The notes under the pieces were generated by a model, which saw nothing but the letters and a program-made list of their open reading frames with translations, ran no database searches and was not told the origin of the DNA. From assembly GCA_964057225.1 (NCBI GenBank), contig CAXKVF010000075.1, positions 62,001 to 126,000 of the forward strand: a stretch of 64,000 nt of DNA, written 5' to 3'. Below, piece after piece: positions 26,201 to 41,200 of the stretch (the stretch's first letter is position 1; each line of letters starts with the position of its first letter). The translations under genes and the position numbers were made by a program. The stretch is from Auanema rhodensis. Taxonomy: Eukaryota > Animalia > Nematoda.

Positions 26201-29200
26201 CAAGTGCACATCACGTGTACATTTAATTAGCATAAATTAAAGTTCACGTAAATTTCAAAGTCATGGTTACCATGCACCAATATCAATAAAAATTTGTTTT
26301 TAGACTAATATGGACATGGGGAATCTAATTTTGAAAACCGCATCTCTTTATCTTTCACGTGAAGCGAGTTACATACCAAGTGCACATCACGTGTACATTT
26401 AATTAGCATAAATTAAAGTTCACGTAAATTTCAAAGTCATGGTTACCATGAACCAATATCAATAAAAATTTGTTTTTAGACTAATATGGACATGGGGAAT
26501 CTAATTTTGAAAACCGCATCTCTTTATCTTTCACGTGAAGCGAGTTACATACCAAGTGCACATCACGTGTACATTTAATTAGCATAAATTAAAGTTCACG
26601 TAAATTTCAAAGTCATGGTTACCATGCACCAATATCAATAAAAATTTGTTTTTAGACTAATATGGACATGGGGAATCTAATTTTGAAAACCGCATCTCTT
26701 TATCTTTCACGTGAAGCGAGTTACATACCAAGTGCACATCACGTGTACATTTAATTAGCATAAATTAAAGTTCACGTAAATTTCAAAGTCATGGTTACCA
26801 TGCACCAATATCAATAAAAATTTGTTTTTAGACTAATATGGACATGGGGAATCTAATTTTGAAAACCGCATCTCTTTATCTTTCACGTGAAGCGAGTTAC
26901 ATACCAAGTGCACATCACGTGTACATTTAATTAGCATAAATTAAAGTTCACGTAAATTTCAAAGTCATGGTTACCATGCACCAATATCAATAAAAATTTG
27001 TTTTTAGACTAATATGGACATGGGGAATCTAATTTTGAAAACCGCATCTCTTCATCTTTCACGTGAAGCGAGTTACATACCAAGTGCACATCACGTGTAC
27101 ATTTAATTAGCATAAATTAAAGTTCACGTAAATTTCAAAGTCATGGTTACCATGCACCAATATCAATAAAAATTTGTTTTTAAACTAATATGGACATGGG
27201 GAATCTAATTTTGAAAACCGCATCTCTTTATCTTTCACGTGAAGCGAGTTACATACCAAGTGCACATCACGTGTACATTTAATTAGCATAAATTAAAGTT
27301 CACGTAAATTTCAAAGTCATGGTTACCATGCACCAATATCAATAAAAATTTGTTTTTAGACTAATATGGACATGGGGAATCTAATTTTGAAAACCGCATC
27401 TCTTTATCTTTCACGTGAAGCGAGTTACATACCAAGTGCACATCACGTGTACATTTAATTAGCATAAATTAAAGTTCACGTAAATTTCAAAGTCATGGTT
27501 ACCATGCACCAATATCAATAAAAATTTGTTTTTAGACTAATATGGACATGGGGAATCTAATTTTGAAAACCGCATCTCTTTATCTTTCACGTGAAGCGAG
27601 TTACATACCAAGTGCACATCACGTGTACATTTAATTAGCATAAATTAAAGTTCACGTAAATTTCAAAGTCATGGTTACCATGAACCAATATCAATAAAAA
27701 TTTGTTTTTAGACTAATATGGACATGGGGAATCTAATTTTGAAAACCGCATCTCTTTATCTTTCACGTGAAGCGAGTTACATACCAAGTGCACATCACGT
27801 GTACATTTAATTAGCATAAATTAAAGTTCACGTAAATTTCAAAGTCATGGTTACCATGCACCAATATCAATAAAAATTTGTTTTTAGACTAATATGGACA
27901 TGGGGAATCTAATTTTGAAAACCGCATCTCTTTATCTTTCACGTGAAGCGAGTTACATACCAAGTGCACATCACGTGTACATTTAATTAGCATAAATTAA
28001 AGTTCACGTAAATTTCAAAGTCATGGTTACCATGCACCAATATCAATAAAAATTTGTTTTTAGACTAATATGGACATGGGGAATCTAATTTTGAAAACCG
28101 CATCTCTTTATCTTTCACGTGAAGCGAGTTACATACCAAGTGCACATCACGTGTACATTTAATTAGCATAAATTAAAGTTCACGTAAATTTCAAAGTCAT
28201 GGTTACCATGCACCAATGTCAATAAAAATTTGTTTTTAGACTAATATGGACATGGGGAATCTAATTTTGAAAACCGCATCTCTTCATCTTTCACGTGAAG
28301 CGAGTTACATACCAAGTGCACATCACGTGTACATTTAATTAGCATAAATTAAAGTTCACGTAAATTTCAAAGTCATGGTTACCATGCACCAATATCAATA
28401 AAAATTTGTTTTTAGACTAATATGGACATGGGGAATCTAATTTTGAAAACCGCATCTCTTTATCTTTCACGTGAAGCGAGTTACATACCAAGTGCACATC
28501 ACGTGTACATTTAATTAGCATAAATTAAAGTTCACGTAAATTTCAAAGTCATGGTTACCATGCACCAATATCAATAAAAATTTGTTTTTAGACTAATATG
28601 GACATGGGGAATCTAATTTTGAAAACCGCATCTCTTCATCTTTCACGTGAAGCGAGTTACATACCAAGTGCACATCACGTGTACATTTAATTAGCATAAA
28701 TTAAAGTTCACGTAAATTTCAAAGTCATGGTTACCATGCACCAATATCAATAAAAATTTGTTTTTAGACTAATATGGACATGGGGAATCTAATTTTGAAA
28801 ACCGCATCTCTTTATCTTTCACGTGAAGCGAGTTACATACCAAGTGCACATCACGTGTACATTTAATTAGCATAAATTAAAGTTCACGTAAATTTCAAAG
28901 TCATGGTTACCATGCACCAATATCAATAAAAATTTGTTTTTAGACTAATATGGACATGGGGAATCTAATTTTGAAAACCGCATCTCTTTATCTTTCACGT
29001 GAAGCGAGTTACATACCAAGTGCACATCACGTGTACATTTAATTAGCATAAATTAAAGTTCACGTAAATTTCAAAGTCATGGTTACCATGAACCAATATC
29101 AATAAAAATTTGTTTTTAGACTAATATGGACATGGGGAATCTAATTTTGAAAACCGCATCTCTTTATCTTTCACGTGAAGCGAGTTACATACCAAGTGCA

Positions 29201-32200
29201 CATCACGTGTACATTTAATTAGCATAAATTAAAGTTCACGTAAATTTCAAAGTCATGGTTACCATGCACCAATATCAATAAAAATTTGTTTTTAGACTAA
29301 TATGGACATGGGGAATCTAATTTTGAAAACCGCATCTCTTTATCTTTCACGTGAAGCGAGTTACATACCAAGTGCACATCACGTGTACATTTAATTAGCA
29401 TAAATTAAAGTTCACGTAAATTTCAAAGTCATGGTTACCATGAACCAATATCAATAAAAATTTGTTTTTAGACTAATATGGACATGGGGAATCTAATTTT
29501 GAAAACCGCATCTCTTTATCTTTCACGTGAAGCGAGTTACATACCAAGTGCACATCACGTGTACATTTAATTAGCATAAATTAAAGTTCACGTAAATTTC
29601 AAAGTCATGGTTACCATGCACCAATATCAATAAAAATTTGTTTTTAGACTAATATGGACATGGGGAATCTAATTTTGAAAACCGCATCTCTTTATCTTTC
29701 ACGTGAAGCGAGTTACATACCAAGTGCACATCACGTGTACATTTAATTAGCATAAATTAAAGTTCACGTAAATTTCAAAGTCATGGTTACCATGAACCAA
29801 TATCAATAAAAATTTGTTTTTAGACTAATATGGACATGGGGAATCTAATTTTGAAAACCGCATCTCTTTATCTTTCACGTGAAGCGAGTTACATACCAAG
29901 TGCACATCACGTGTACATTTAATTAGCATAAATTAAAGTTCACGTAAATTTCAAAGTCATGGTTACCATGAACCAATATCAATAAAAATTTGTTTTTAGA
30001 CTAATATGGACATGGGGAATCTAATTTTGAAAACCGCATCTCTTTATCTTTCACGTGAAGCGAGTTACATACCAAGTGCACATCACGTGTACATTTAATT
30101 AGCATAAATTAAAGTTCACGTAAATTTCAAAGTCATGGTTACCATGCACCAATATCAATAAAAATTTGTTTTTAGACTAATATGGACATGGGGAATCTAA
30201 TTTTGAAAACCGCATCTCGTTATCTTTCACGTGAAGCGAGTTACATACCAAGTGCACATCACGTGTACATTTAATTAGCATAAATTAAAGTTCACGTAAA
30301 TTTCAAAGTCATGGTTACCATGCACCAATATCAATAAAAATTTGTTTTTAGACTAATATGGACATGGGGAATCTAATTTTGAAAACCGCATCTCTTTATC
30401 TTTCACGTGAAGCGAGTTACATACCAAGTGCACATCACGTGTACATTTAATTAGCATAAATTAAAGTTCACGTAAATTTCAAAGTCATGGTTACCATGCA
30501 CCAATATCAATAAAAATTTGTTTTTAGACTAATATGGACATGGGGAATCTAATTTTGAAAACCGCATCTCGTTATCTTTCACGTGAAGCGAGTTACATAC
30601 CAAGTGCACATCACGTGTACATTTAATTAGCATAAATTAAAGTTCACGTAAATTTCAAAGTCATGGTTACCATGCACCAATATCAATAAAAATTTGTTTT
30701 TAGACTAATATGGACATGGGGAATCTAATTTTGAAAACCGCATCTCTTTATCTTTCACGTGAAGCGAGTTACATACCAAGTGCACATCACGTGTACATTT
30801 AATTAGCATAAATTAAAGTTCACGTAAATTTCAAAGTCATGGTTACCATGCACCAATATCAATAAAAATTTGTTTTTAGACTAATATGGACATGGGGAAT
30901 CTAATTTTGAAAACCGCATCTCTTTATCTTTCACGTGAAGCGAGTTACATACCAAGTGCACATCACGTGTACATTTAATTAGCATAAATTAAAGTTCACG
31001 TAAATTTCAAAGTCATGGTTACCATGAACCAATATCAATAAAAATTTGTTTTTAGACTAATATGGACATGGAGAATCTAATTTTGAAAACCGCATCTCTT
31101 TATCTTTCACGTGAAGCGAGTTACATACCAAGTGCACATCACGTGTACATTTAATTAGCATAAATTAAAGTTCACGTAAATTTCAAAGTCATGGTTACCA
31201 TGAACCAATATCAATAAAAATTTGTTTTTAGACTAATATGGACATGGGGAATCTAATTTTGAAAACGGCATCTCTTTATCTTTCACGTGAAGCGAGTTAC
31301 ATACCAAGTGCCCATCACGTGTACATTTAATTAGCATAAATTAAAGTTCACGTAAATTTCAAAGTCATGGTTACCATGCACCAATATCAATAAAAATTTG
31401 TTTTTAGACTAATATGGACATGGGGAATCTAATTTTAAAAACCGCATCTCCTTATCTTTCACGTGAAGCGAGTTACATACCAAGTGCACATCACGTGTAC
31501 ATTTAATTAGCATAAATTAAAGTTCACGTAAATTTCAAAGTCATGGTTACCATGCACCAATATCAATAAAAATTTGTTTTTAGACTAATATGGACATGGG
31601 GAATCTAATTTTGAAAACCGCATCTCTTCATCTTTCACGTGAAGCGAGTTACATACCAAGTGCACATCACGTGTACATTTAATTAGCATAAATTAAAGTT
31701 CACGTAAATTTCAAAGTCATGGTTACCATGCACCAATATCAATAAAAATTTGTTTTTAGACTAATATGGACATGGGGAATCTAATTTTGAAAACCGCATC
31801 TCTTTATCTTTCACGTGAAGCGAGTTACATACCAAGTGCACATCACGTGTACATTTAATTAGCATAAATTAAAGTTCACGTAAATTTCAAAGTCATGGTT
31901 ACCATGCACCAATGTCAATAAAAATTTGTTTTTAGACTAATATGGACATGGGGAATCTAATTTTGAAAACCGCATCTCTTCATCTTTCACGTGAAGCGAG
32001 TTACATACCAAGTGCACATCACGTGTACATTTAATTAGCATAAATTAAAGTTCACGTAAATTTCAAAGTCATGGTTACCATGCACCAATATCAATAAAAA
32101 TTTGTTTTTAGACTAATATGGACATGGGGAATCTAATTTTGAAAACCGCATCTCTTCATCTTTTACGTGAAGCGAGTTACATACCAAGTGCACATCACGT

Positions 32201-35200
32201 GTACATTTAATTAGCATAAATTAAAGTTCACGTAAATTTCAAAGTCATGGTTACCATGCACCAATATCAATAAAAATTTGTTTTTAGACTAATATGGACA
32301 TGGGGAATCTAATTTTGAAAACCGCATCTCTTTATCTTTCACGTGAAGCGAGTTACATACCAAGTGCACATCACGTGTACATTTAATTAGCATAAATTAA
32401 AGTTCACGTAAATTTCAAAGTCATGGTTACCATGCACCAATGTCAATAAAAATTTGTTTTTAGACTAATATGGACATGGGGAATCTAATTTTGAAAACCG
32501 CATCTCTTCATCTTTCACGTGAAGCGAGTTACATACCAAGTGCACATCACGTGTACATTTAATTAGCATAAATTAAAGTTCACGTAAATTTCAAAGTCAT
32601 GGTTACCATGCACCATTATCAATAAAAATTTGTTTTTAGACTAATATGGACATGGGGAATCTAATTTTGAAAACCGCATCTCTTCATCTTTCACGTGAAG
32701 CGAGTTACATACCAAGTGCACATCACGTGTACATTTAATTAGCATAAATTAAAGTTCACGTAAATTTCAAAGTCATGGTTACCATGCACCAATATCAATA
32801 AGAATTTGTTTTTAGACTAATATGGACATGGGGAATCTAATTTTGAAAACCGCATCTCTTTATCTTTCACGTGAAGCGAGTTACATACCAAGTGCACATC
32901 ACGTGTACATTTAATTAGCATAAATTAAAGTTCACGTAAATTTCAAAGTCATGGTTACCATGAACCAATATCAATAAAAATTTGTTTTTAGACTAATATG
33001 GACATGGGGAATCTAATTTTGAAAACCGCATCTCTTTATCTTTCACGTGAAGCGAGTTACATACCAAGTGCACATCACGTGTACATTTAATTAGCATAAA
33101 TTAAAGTTCACGTAAATTTCAAAGTCATGGTTACCATGAACCAATATCAATAAAAATTTGTTTTTAGACTAATATGGACATGGGGAATCTAATTTTGAAA
33201 ACCGCATCTCTTCATCTTTCACGTGAAGCGAGTTACATACCAAGTGCACATCACGTGTACATTTAATTAGCATAAATTAAAGTTCACGTAAATTTCAAAG
33301 TCATGGTTACCATGCACCAATATCAATAAAAATTTGTTTTTAGACTAATATGGACATGGGGAATCTAATTTTGAAAACCGCATCTTTTCATCTTTCACGT
33401 GAAGCGAGTTACATACCAAGTGCACATCACGTGTACATTTAATTAGCATAAATTAAAGTTCACGTAAATTTCAAAGTCATGGTTACCATGCACCAATATC
33501 AATAAAAATTTGTTTTTAGACTAATATGGACATGGGGAATCTAATTTTGAAAACCGCATCTCTTTATCTTTCACGTGAAGCGAGTTACATACCAAGTGCA
33601 CATCACGTGTACATTTAATTAGCATAAATTAAAGTTCACGTAAATTTCAAAGTCATGGTTACCATGCACCAATGTCAATAAAAATTTGTTTTTAGACTAA
33701 TATGGACATGGGGAATCTAATTTTGAAAACCGCATCTCCTTATCTTTCACGTGAAGCGAGTTACATACCAAGTGCACATCACGTGTACATTTAATTAGCA
33801 TAAATTAAAGTTCACGTAAATTTCAAAGTCATGGTTACCATGCACCAATATCAATAAAAATTTGTTTTTAGACTAATATGGACATGGGGAATCTAATTTT
33901 GAAAACCGCATCTCTTCATCTTTCACGTGAAGCGAGTTACATACCAAGTGCACATCACGTGTACATTTAATTAGCATAAATTAAAGTTCACGTAAATTTC
34001 AAAGTCATGGTTACCATGCACCAATATCAATAAAAATTTGTTTTTAGACTAATATGGACATGGGGAATCTAATTTTGAAAACCGCATCTCTTTATCTTTC
34101 ACGTGAAGCGAGTTACATACCAAGTGCACATCACGTGTACATTTAATTAGCATAAATTAAAGTTCACGTAAATTTCAAAGTCATGGTTACCATGCACCAA
34201 TGTCAATAAAAATTTGTTTTTAGACTAATATGGACATGGGGAATCTAATTTTGAAAACCGCATCTCTTCATCTTTCACGTGAAGCGAGTTACATACCAAG
34301 TGCACATCACGTGTACATTTAATTAGCATAAATTAAAGTTCACGTAAATTTCAAAGTCATGGTTACCATGCACCAATGTCAATAAAAATTTGTTTTTAGA
34401 CTAATATGGACATGGGGAATCTAATTTTGAAAACCGCATCTCTTCATCTTTCACGTGAAGCGAGTTACATACCAAGTGCACATCACGTGTACATTTAATT
34501 AGCATAAATTAAAGTTCACGTAAATTTCAAAGTCATGGTTACCATGCACCAATATCAATAAAAATTTGTTTTTAGACTAATATGGACATGGGGAATCTAA
34601 TTTTGAAAACCGCATCTCTTCATCTTTCACGTGAAGCGAGTTACATACCAAGTGCACATCACGTGTACATTTAATTAGCATAAATTAAAGTTCACGTAAA
34701 TTTCAAAGTCATGGTTACCATGCACCAATATCAATAAAAATTTGTTTTTAGACTAATATGGACATGGGGAATCTAATTTTGAAAACCGCATCTCTTTATC
34801 TTTCACGTGAAGCGAGTTACATACCAAGTGCACATCACGTGTACATTTAATTAGCATAAATTAAAGTTCACGTAAATTTCAAAGTCATGGTTACCATGCA
34901 CCAATGTCAATAAAAATTTGTTTTTAGACTAATATGGACATGGGGAATCTAATTTTGAAAACCGCATCTCTTCATCTTTCACGTGAAGCGAGTTACATAC
35001 CAAGTGCACATCACGTGTACATTTAATTAGCATAAATTAAAGTTCACGTAAATTTCAAAGTCATGGTTACCATGCACCAATATCAATAAAAATTTGTTTT
35101 TAGACTAATATGGACATGGGGAATCTAATTTTGAAAACCGCATCTCTTTATCTTTCACGTGAAGCGAGTTACATACCAAGTGCACATCACGTGTACATTT

Positions 35201-38200
35201 AATTAGCATAAATTAAAGTTCACGTAAATTTCAAAGTCATGGTTACCATGCACCAATGTCAATAAAAATTTGTTTTTAGACTAATATGGACATGGGGAAT
35301 CTAATTTTGAAAACCGCATCTCTTCATCTTTCACGTGAAGCGAGTTACATACCAAGTGCACATCACGTGTACATTTAATTAGCATAAATTAAAGTTCACG
35401 TAAATTTCAAAGTCATGGTTACCATGCACCAATATCAATAAAAATTTGTTTTTAGACTAATATGGACATGGGGAATCTAATTTTGAAAACCGCATCTCTT
35501 TATCTTTCACGTGAAGCGAGTTACATACCAAGTGCACATCACGTGTACATTTAATTAGCATAAATTAAAGTTCACGTAAATTTCAAAGTCATGGTTACCA
35601 TGAACCAATATCAATAAAAATTTGTTTTTAGACTAATATGGACATGGGGAGTCTAATTTTGAAAACCGCATCTCTTTATCTTTCACGTGAAGCGAGTTAC
35701 ATACCAAGTGCACATCACGTGTACATTTAATTAGCATAAATTAAAGTTCACGTAACTTTCAAAGTCATGGTTACCATGCACCAATATCAATAAAAATTTG
35801 TTTTTAGACTAATATGGACATGGGGAATCTAATTTTGAAAACCGCATCTCTTTATCTTTCACGTGAAGCGAGTTACATACCAAGTGCACATCACGTGTAC
35901 ATTTAATTAGCATAAATTAAAGTTCACGTAAATTTCAAAGTCATGGTTACCATGCACCAATATCAATAAAAATTTGTTTTTAGACTAATATGGACATGGG
36001 GAATCTAATTTTGAAAACCGCATCTCTTTATCTTTCACGTGAAGCGAGTTACATACCAAGTGCACATCACGTGTACATTTAATTAGCATAAATTAAAGTT
36101 CACGTAAATTTCAAAGTCATGGTTACCATGCACCAATGTCAATAAAAATTTGTTTTTAGACTAATATGGACATGGGGAATCTAATTTTGAAAACCGCATC
36201 TCTTCATCTTTCACGTGAAGCGAGTTACATACCAAGTGCACATCACGTGTACATTTAATTAGCATAAATTAAAGTTCACGTAAATTTCAAAGTCATGGTT
36301 ACCATGCACCAATATCAATAAAAATTTGTTTTTAGACTAATATGGACATGGGGAATCTAATTTTGAAAACCGCATCTCTTTATCTTTCACGTGAAGCGAG
36401 TTACATACCAAGTGCACATCACGTGTACATTTAATTAGCATAAATTAAAGTTCACGTAAATTTCAAAGTCATGGTTACCATGAACCAATATCAATAAAAA
36501 TTTGTTTTTAGACTAATATGGACATGGGGAGTCTAATTTTGAAAACCGCATCTCTTTATCTTTCACGTGAAGCGAGTTACATACCAAGTGCACATCACGT
36601 GTACATTTAATTAGCATAAATTAAAGTTCACGTAACTTTCAAAGTCATGGTTACCATGCACCAATATCAATAAAAATTTGTTTTTAGACTAATATGGACA
36701 TGGGGAATCTAATTTTGAAAACCGCATCTCTTTATCTTTCACGTGAAGCGAGTTACATACCAAGTGCACATCACGTGTACATTTAATTAGCATAAATTAA
36801 AGTTCACGTAAATTTCAAAGTCATGGTTACCATGCACCAATATCAATAAAAATTTGTTTTTAGACTAATATGGACATGGGGAATCTAATTTTGAAAACCG
36901 CATCTCTTTATCTTTCACGTGAAGCGAGTTACATACCAAGTGCACATCACGTGTACATTTAATTAGCATAAATTAAAGTTCACGTAAATTTCAAAGTCAT
37001 GGTTACCATGAACCAATATCAATAAAAATTTGTTTTTAGACTAATATGGACATGGGGAATCTAATTTTGAAAACCGCATCTCTTTATCTTTCACGTGAAG
37101 CGAGTTACATACCAAGTGCACATCACGTGTACATTTAATTAGCATAAATTAAAGTTCACGCAAATTTCAAAGTCATGGTTACCATGCACCAATATCAATA
37201 AAAATTTGTTTTTAGACTAATATGGACATGGGGAATCTAATTTTGAAAACCGCATCTCTTTATCTTTCACGTGAAGCGAGTTACATACCAAGTGCACATC
37301 ACGTGTACATTTAATTAGCATAAATTAAAGTTCACGTAAATTTCAAAGTCATGGTTACCATGCACCAATGTCAATAAAAATTTGTTTTTAGACTAATATG
37401 GACATGGGGAATCTAATTTTGAAAACCGCATCTCTTCATCTTTCACGTGAAGCGAGTTACATACCAAGTGCACATCACGTGTACATTTAATTAGCATAAA
37501 TTAAAGTTCACGTAAATTTCAAAGTCATGGTTACCATGCACCAATATCAATAAAAATTTGTTTTTAGACTAATATGGACATGGGGAATCTAATTTTGAAA
37601 ACCGCATCTCTTTATCTTTCACGTGAAGCGAGTTACATACCAAGTGCACATCACGTGTACATTTAATTAGCATAAATTAAAGTTCACGTAAATTTCAAAG
37701 TCATGGTTACCATGAACCAATATCAATAAAAATTTGTTTTTAGACTAATATGGACATGGGGAGTCTAATTTTGAAAACCGCATCTCTTTATCTTTCACGT
37801 GAAGCGAGTTACATACCAAGTGCACATCACGTGTACATTTAATTAGCATAAATTAAAGTTCACGTAACTTTCAAAGTCATGGTTACCATGCACCAATATC
37901 AATAAAAATTTGTTTTTAGACTAATATGAACATGGGGAATCTAATTTTGAAAACCGCATCTCTTTATCTTTCACGTGAAGCGAGTTACATACCAAGTGCA
38001 CATCACGTGTACATTTAATTAGCATAAATTAAAGTTCACGTAAATTTCAAAGTCATGGTTACCATGCACCAATATCAATAAAAATTTGTTTTTAGACTAA
38101 TATGGACATGGGGAATCTAATTTTGAAAACCGCATCTCTTTATCTTTCACGTGAAGCGAGTTACATACCAAGTGCACATCACGTGTACATTTAATTAGCA

Positions 38201-41200
38201 TAAATTAAAGTTCACGTAAATTTCAAAGTCATGGTTACCATGAACCAATATCAATAAAAATTTGTTTTTAGACTAATATGGACATGGGGAATCTAATTTT
38301 GAAAACCGCATCTCTTTATCTTTCACGTGAAGCGAGTTACATACCAAGTGCACATCACGTGTACATTTAATTAGCATAAATTAAAGTTCACGTAAATTTC
38401 AAAGTCATGGTTACCATGAACCAATATCAATAAAAATTTGTTTTTAGACTAATATGGACATGGGGAATCTAATTTTGAAAACCGCATCTCTTTATCTTTC
38501 ACGTGAAGCGAGTTACATACCAAGTGCACATCACGTGTACATTTAATTAGCATAAATTAAAGTTCACGCAAATTTCAAAGTCATGGTTACCATGCACCAA
38601 TATCAATAAAAATTTGTTTTTAGACTAATATGGACATGGGGAATCTAATTTTGAAAACCGCATCTCTTTATCTTTCACGTGAAGCGAGTTACATACCAAG
38701 TGCACATCACGTGTACATTTAATTAGCATAAATTAAAGTTCACGTAAATTTCAAAGTCATGGTTACCATGAACCAATATCAATAAAAATTTGTTTTTAGA
38801 CTAATATGGACATGGGGAATCTAATTTTGAAAACCGCATCTCTTTATCTTTCACGTGAAGCGAGTTACATACCAAGTGCACATCACGTGTACATTTAATT
38901 AGCATAAATTAAAGTTCACGTAAATTTCAAAGTCATGGTTACCATGCACTAATATCAATAAAAATTTGTTTTTAAACTAATATGGACATGGGGAATCTAA
39001 TTTTGAAAACCGCATCTCTTTATCTTTCACGTGAAGCGAGTTACATACCAAGTGCACATCACGTGTACATTTAATTAGCATAAATTAAAGTTCACGCAAA
39101 TTTCAAAGTCATGGTTACCATGCACCAATATCAATAAAAATTTGTTTTTAGACTAATATGGACATGGGGAATCTAATTTTGAAAACCGCATCTCTTTATC
39201 TTTCACGTGAAGCGAGTTACATACCAAGTGCACATCACGTGTACATTTAATTAGCATAAATTAAAGTTCACGTAAATTTCAAAGTCATGGTTACCATGAA
39301 CCAATATCAATAAAAATTTGTTTTTAGACTAATATGGACATGGGGAATCTAATTTTGAAAACCGCATCTCTTTATCTTTCACGTGAAGCGAGTTACATAC
39401 CAAGTGCACATCACGTGTACATTTAATTAGCATAAATTAAAGTTCACGTAAATTTCAAAGTCATGGTTACCATGAACCAATATCAATAAAAATTTGTTTT
39501 TAGACTAATATGGACATGGGGAATCTAATTTTGAAAACCGCATCTCTTTATCTTTCACGTGAAGCGAGTTACATACCAAGTGCACATCACGTGTACATTT
39601 AATTAGCATAAATTAAAGTTCACGTAAATTTCAAAGTCATGGTTACCATGCACCAATATCAATAAAAATTTGTTTTTAGACTAATATGGACATGGGGAAT
39701 CTAATTTTGAAAACCGCATCTCGTTATCTTTCACGTGAAGCGAGTTACATACCAAGTGCACATCACGTGTACATTTAATTAGCATAAATTAAAGTTCACG
39801 TAAATTTCAAAGTCATGGTTACCATGCACCAATATCAATAAAAATTTGTTTTTAGACTAATATGGACATGGGGAATCTAATTTTGAAAACCGCATCTCTT
39901 TATCTTTCACGTGAAGCGAGTTACATACCAAGTGCACATCACGTGTACATTTAATTAGCATAAATTAAAGTTCACGTAAATTTCAAAGTCATGGTTACCA
40001 TGCACCAATATCAATAAAAATTTGTTTTTAGACTAATATGGACATGGGGAATCTAATTTTGAAAACCGCATCTCTTTATCTTTCACGTGAAGCGAGTTAC
40101 ATACCAAGTGCACATCACGTGTACATTTAATTAGCATAAATTAAAGTTCACGTAAATTTCAAAGTCATGGTTACCATGCACCAATATCAATAAAAATTTG
40201 TTTTTAGACTAATATGGACATGGGGAATCTAATTTTGAAAACCGCATCTCTTTATCTTTCACGTGAAGCGAGTTACATACCAAGTGCACATCACGTGTAC
40301 ATTTAATTAGCATAAATTAAAGTTCACGTAAATTTCAAAGTCATGGTTACCATGAACCAATATCAATAAAAATTTGTTTTTAGACTAATATGGACATGGG
40401 GAATCTAATTTTGAAAACCGCATCTCTTTATCTTTCACGTGAAGCGAGTTACATACCAAGTGCACATCACGTGTACATTTAATTAGCATAAATTAAAGTT
40501 CACGTAAATTTCAAAGTCATGGTTACCATGAACCAATATCAATAAAAATTTGTTTTTAGACTAATATGGACATGGGGAATCTAATTTTAAAAACCGCATC
40601 TCTTTATCTTTCACGTGAAGCGAGTTACATACCAAGTGCACATCACGTGTACATTTAATTAGCATAAATTAAAGTTCACGTAAATTTCAAAGTCATGGTT
40701 ACCATGCACCAATATCAATAAAAATTTGTTTTTAAACTAATATGGACATGGGGAATCTAATTTTGAAAACCGCATCTCTTTATCTTTCACGTGAAGCGAG
40801 TTACATACCAAGTGCACATCACGTGTACATTTAATTAGCATAAATTAAAGTTCACGCAAATTTCAAAGTCATGGTTACCATGCACCAATATCAATAAAAA
40901 TTTGTTTTTAGACTAATATGGACATGGGGAATCTAATTTTGAAAACCGCATCTCTTTATCTTTCACGTGAAGCGAGTTACATACCAAGTGCACATCACGT
41001 GTACATTTAATTAGCATAAATTAAAGTTCACGTAAATTTCAAAGTCATGGTTACCATGCACCAATATCAATAAAAATTTGTTTTTAAACTAATATGGACA
41101 TGGGGAATCTAATTTTGAAAACCGCATCTCTTTATCTTTCACGTGAAGCGAGTTACATACCAAGTGCACATCACGTGTACATTTAATTAGCATAAATTAA

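Larger units (their letters stand above)
17600..26220 (+). repeat. Higher-order duplication with 35-monomer offset (6155 bp = 35x176 - 5)
   Basis: CATTCACC 17831/23986, CATAAACC 18711/24866, CTAATGTT 19119/25274 and TTTAAACT 19796/25951 all share the offset 6155. Confidence 0.82.
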
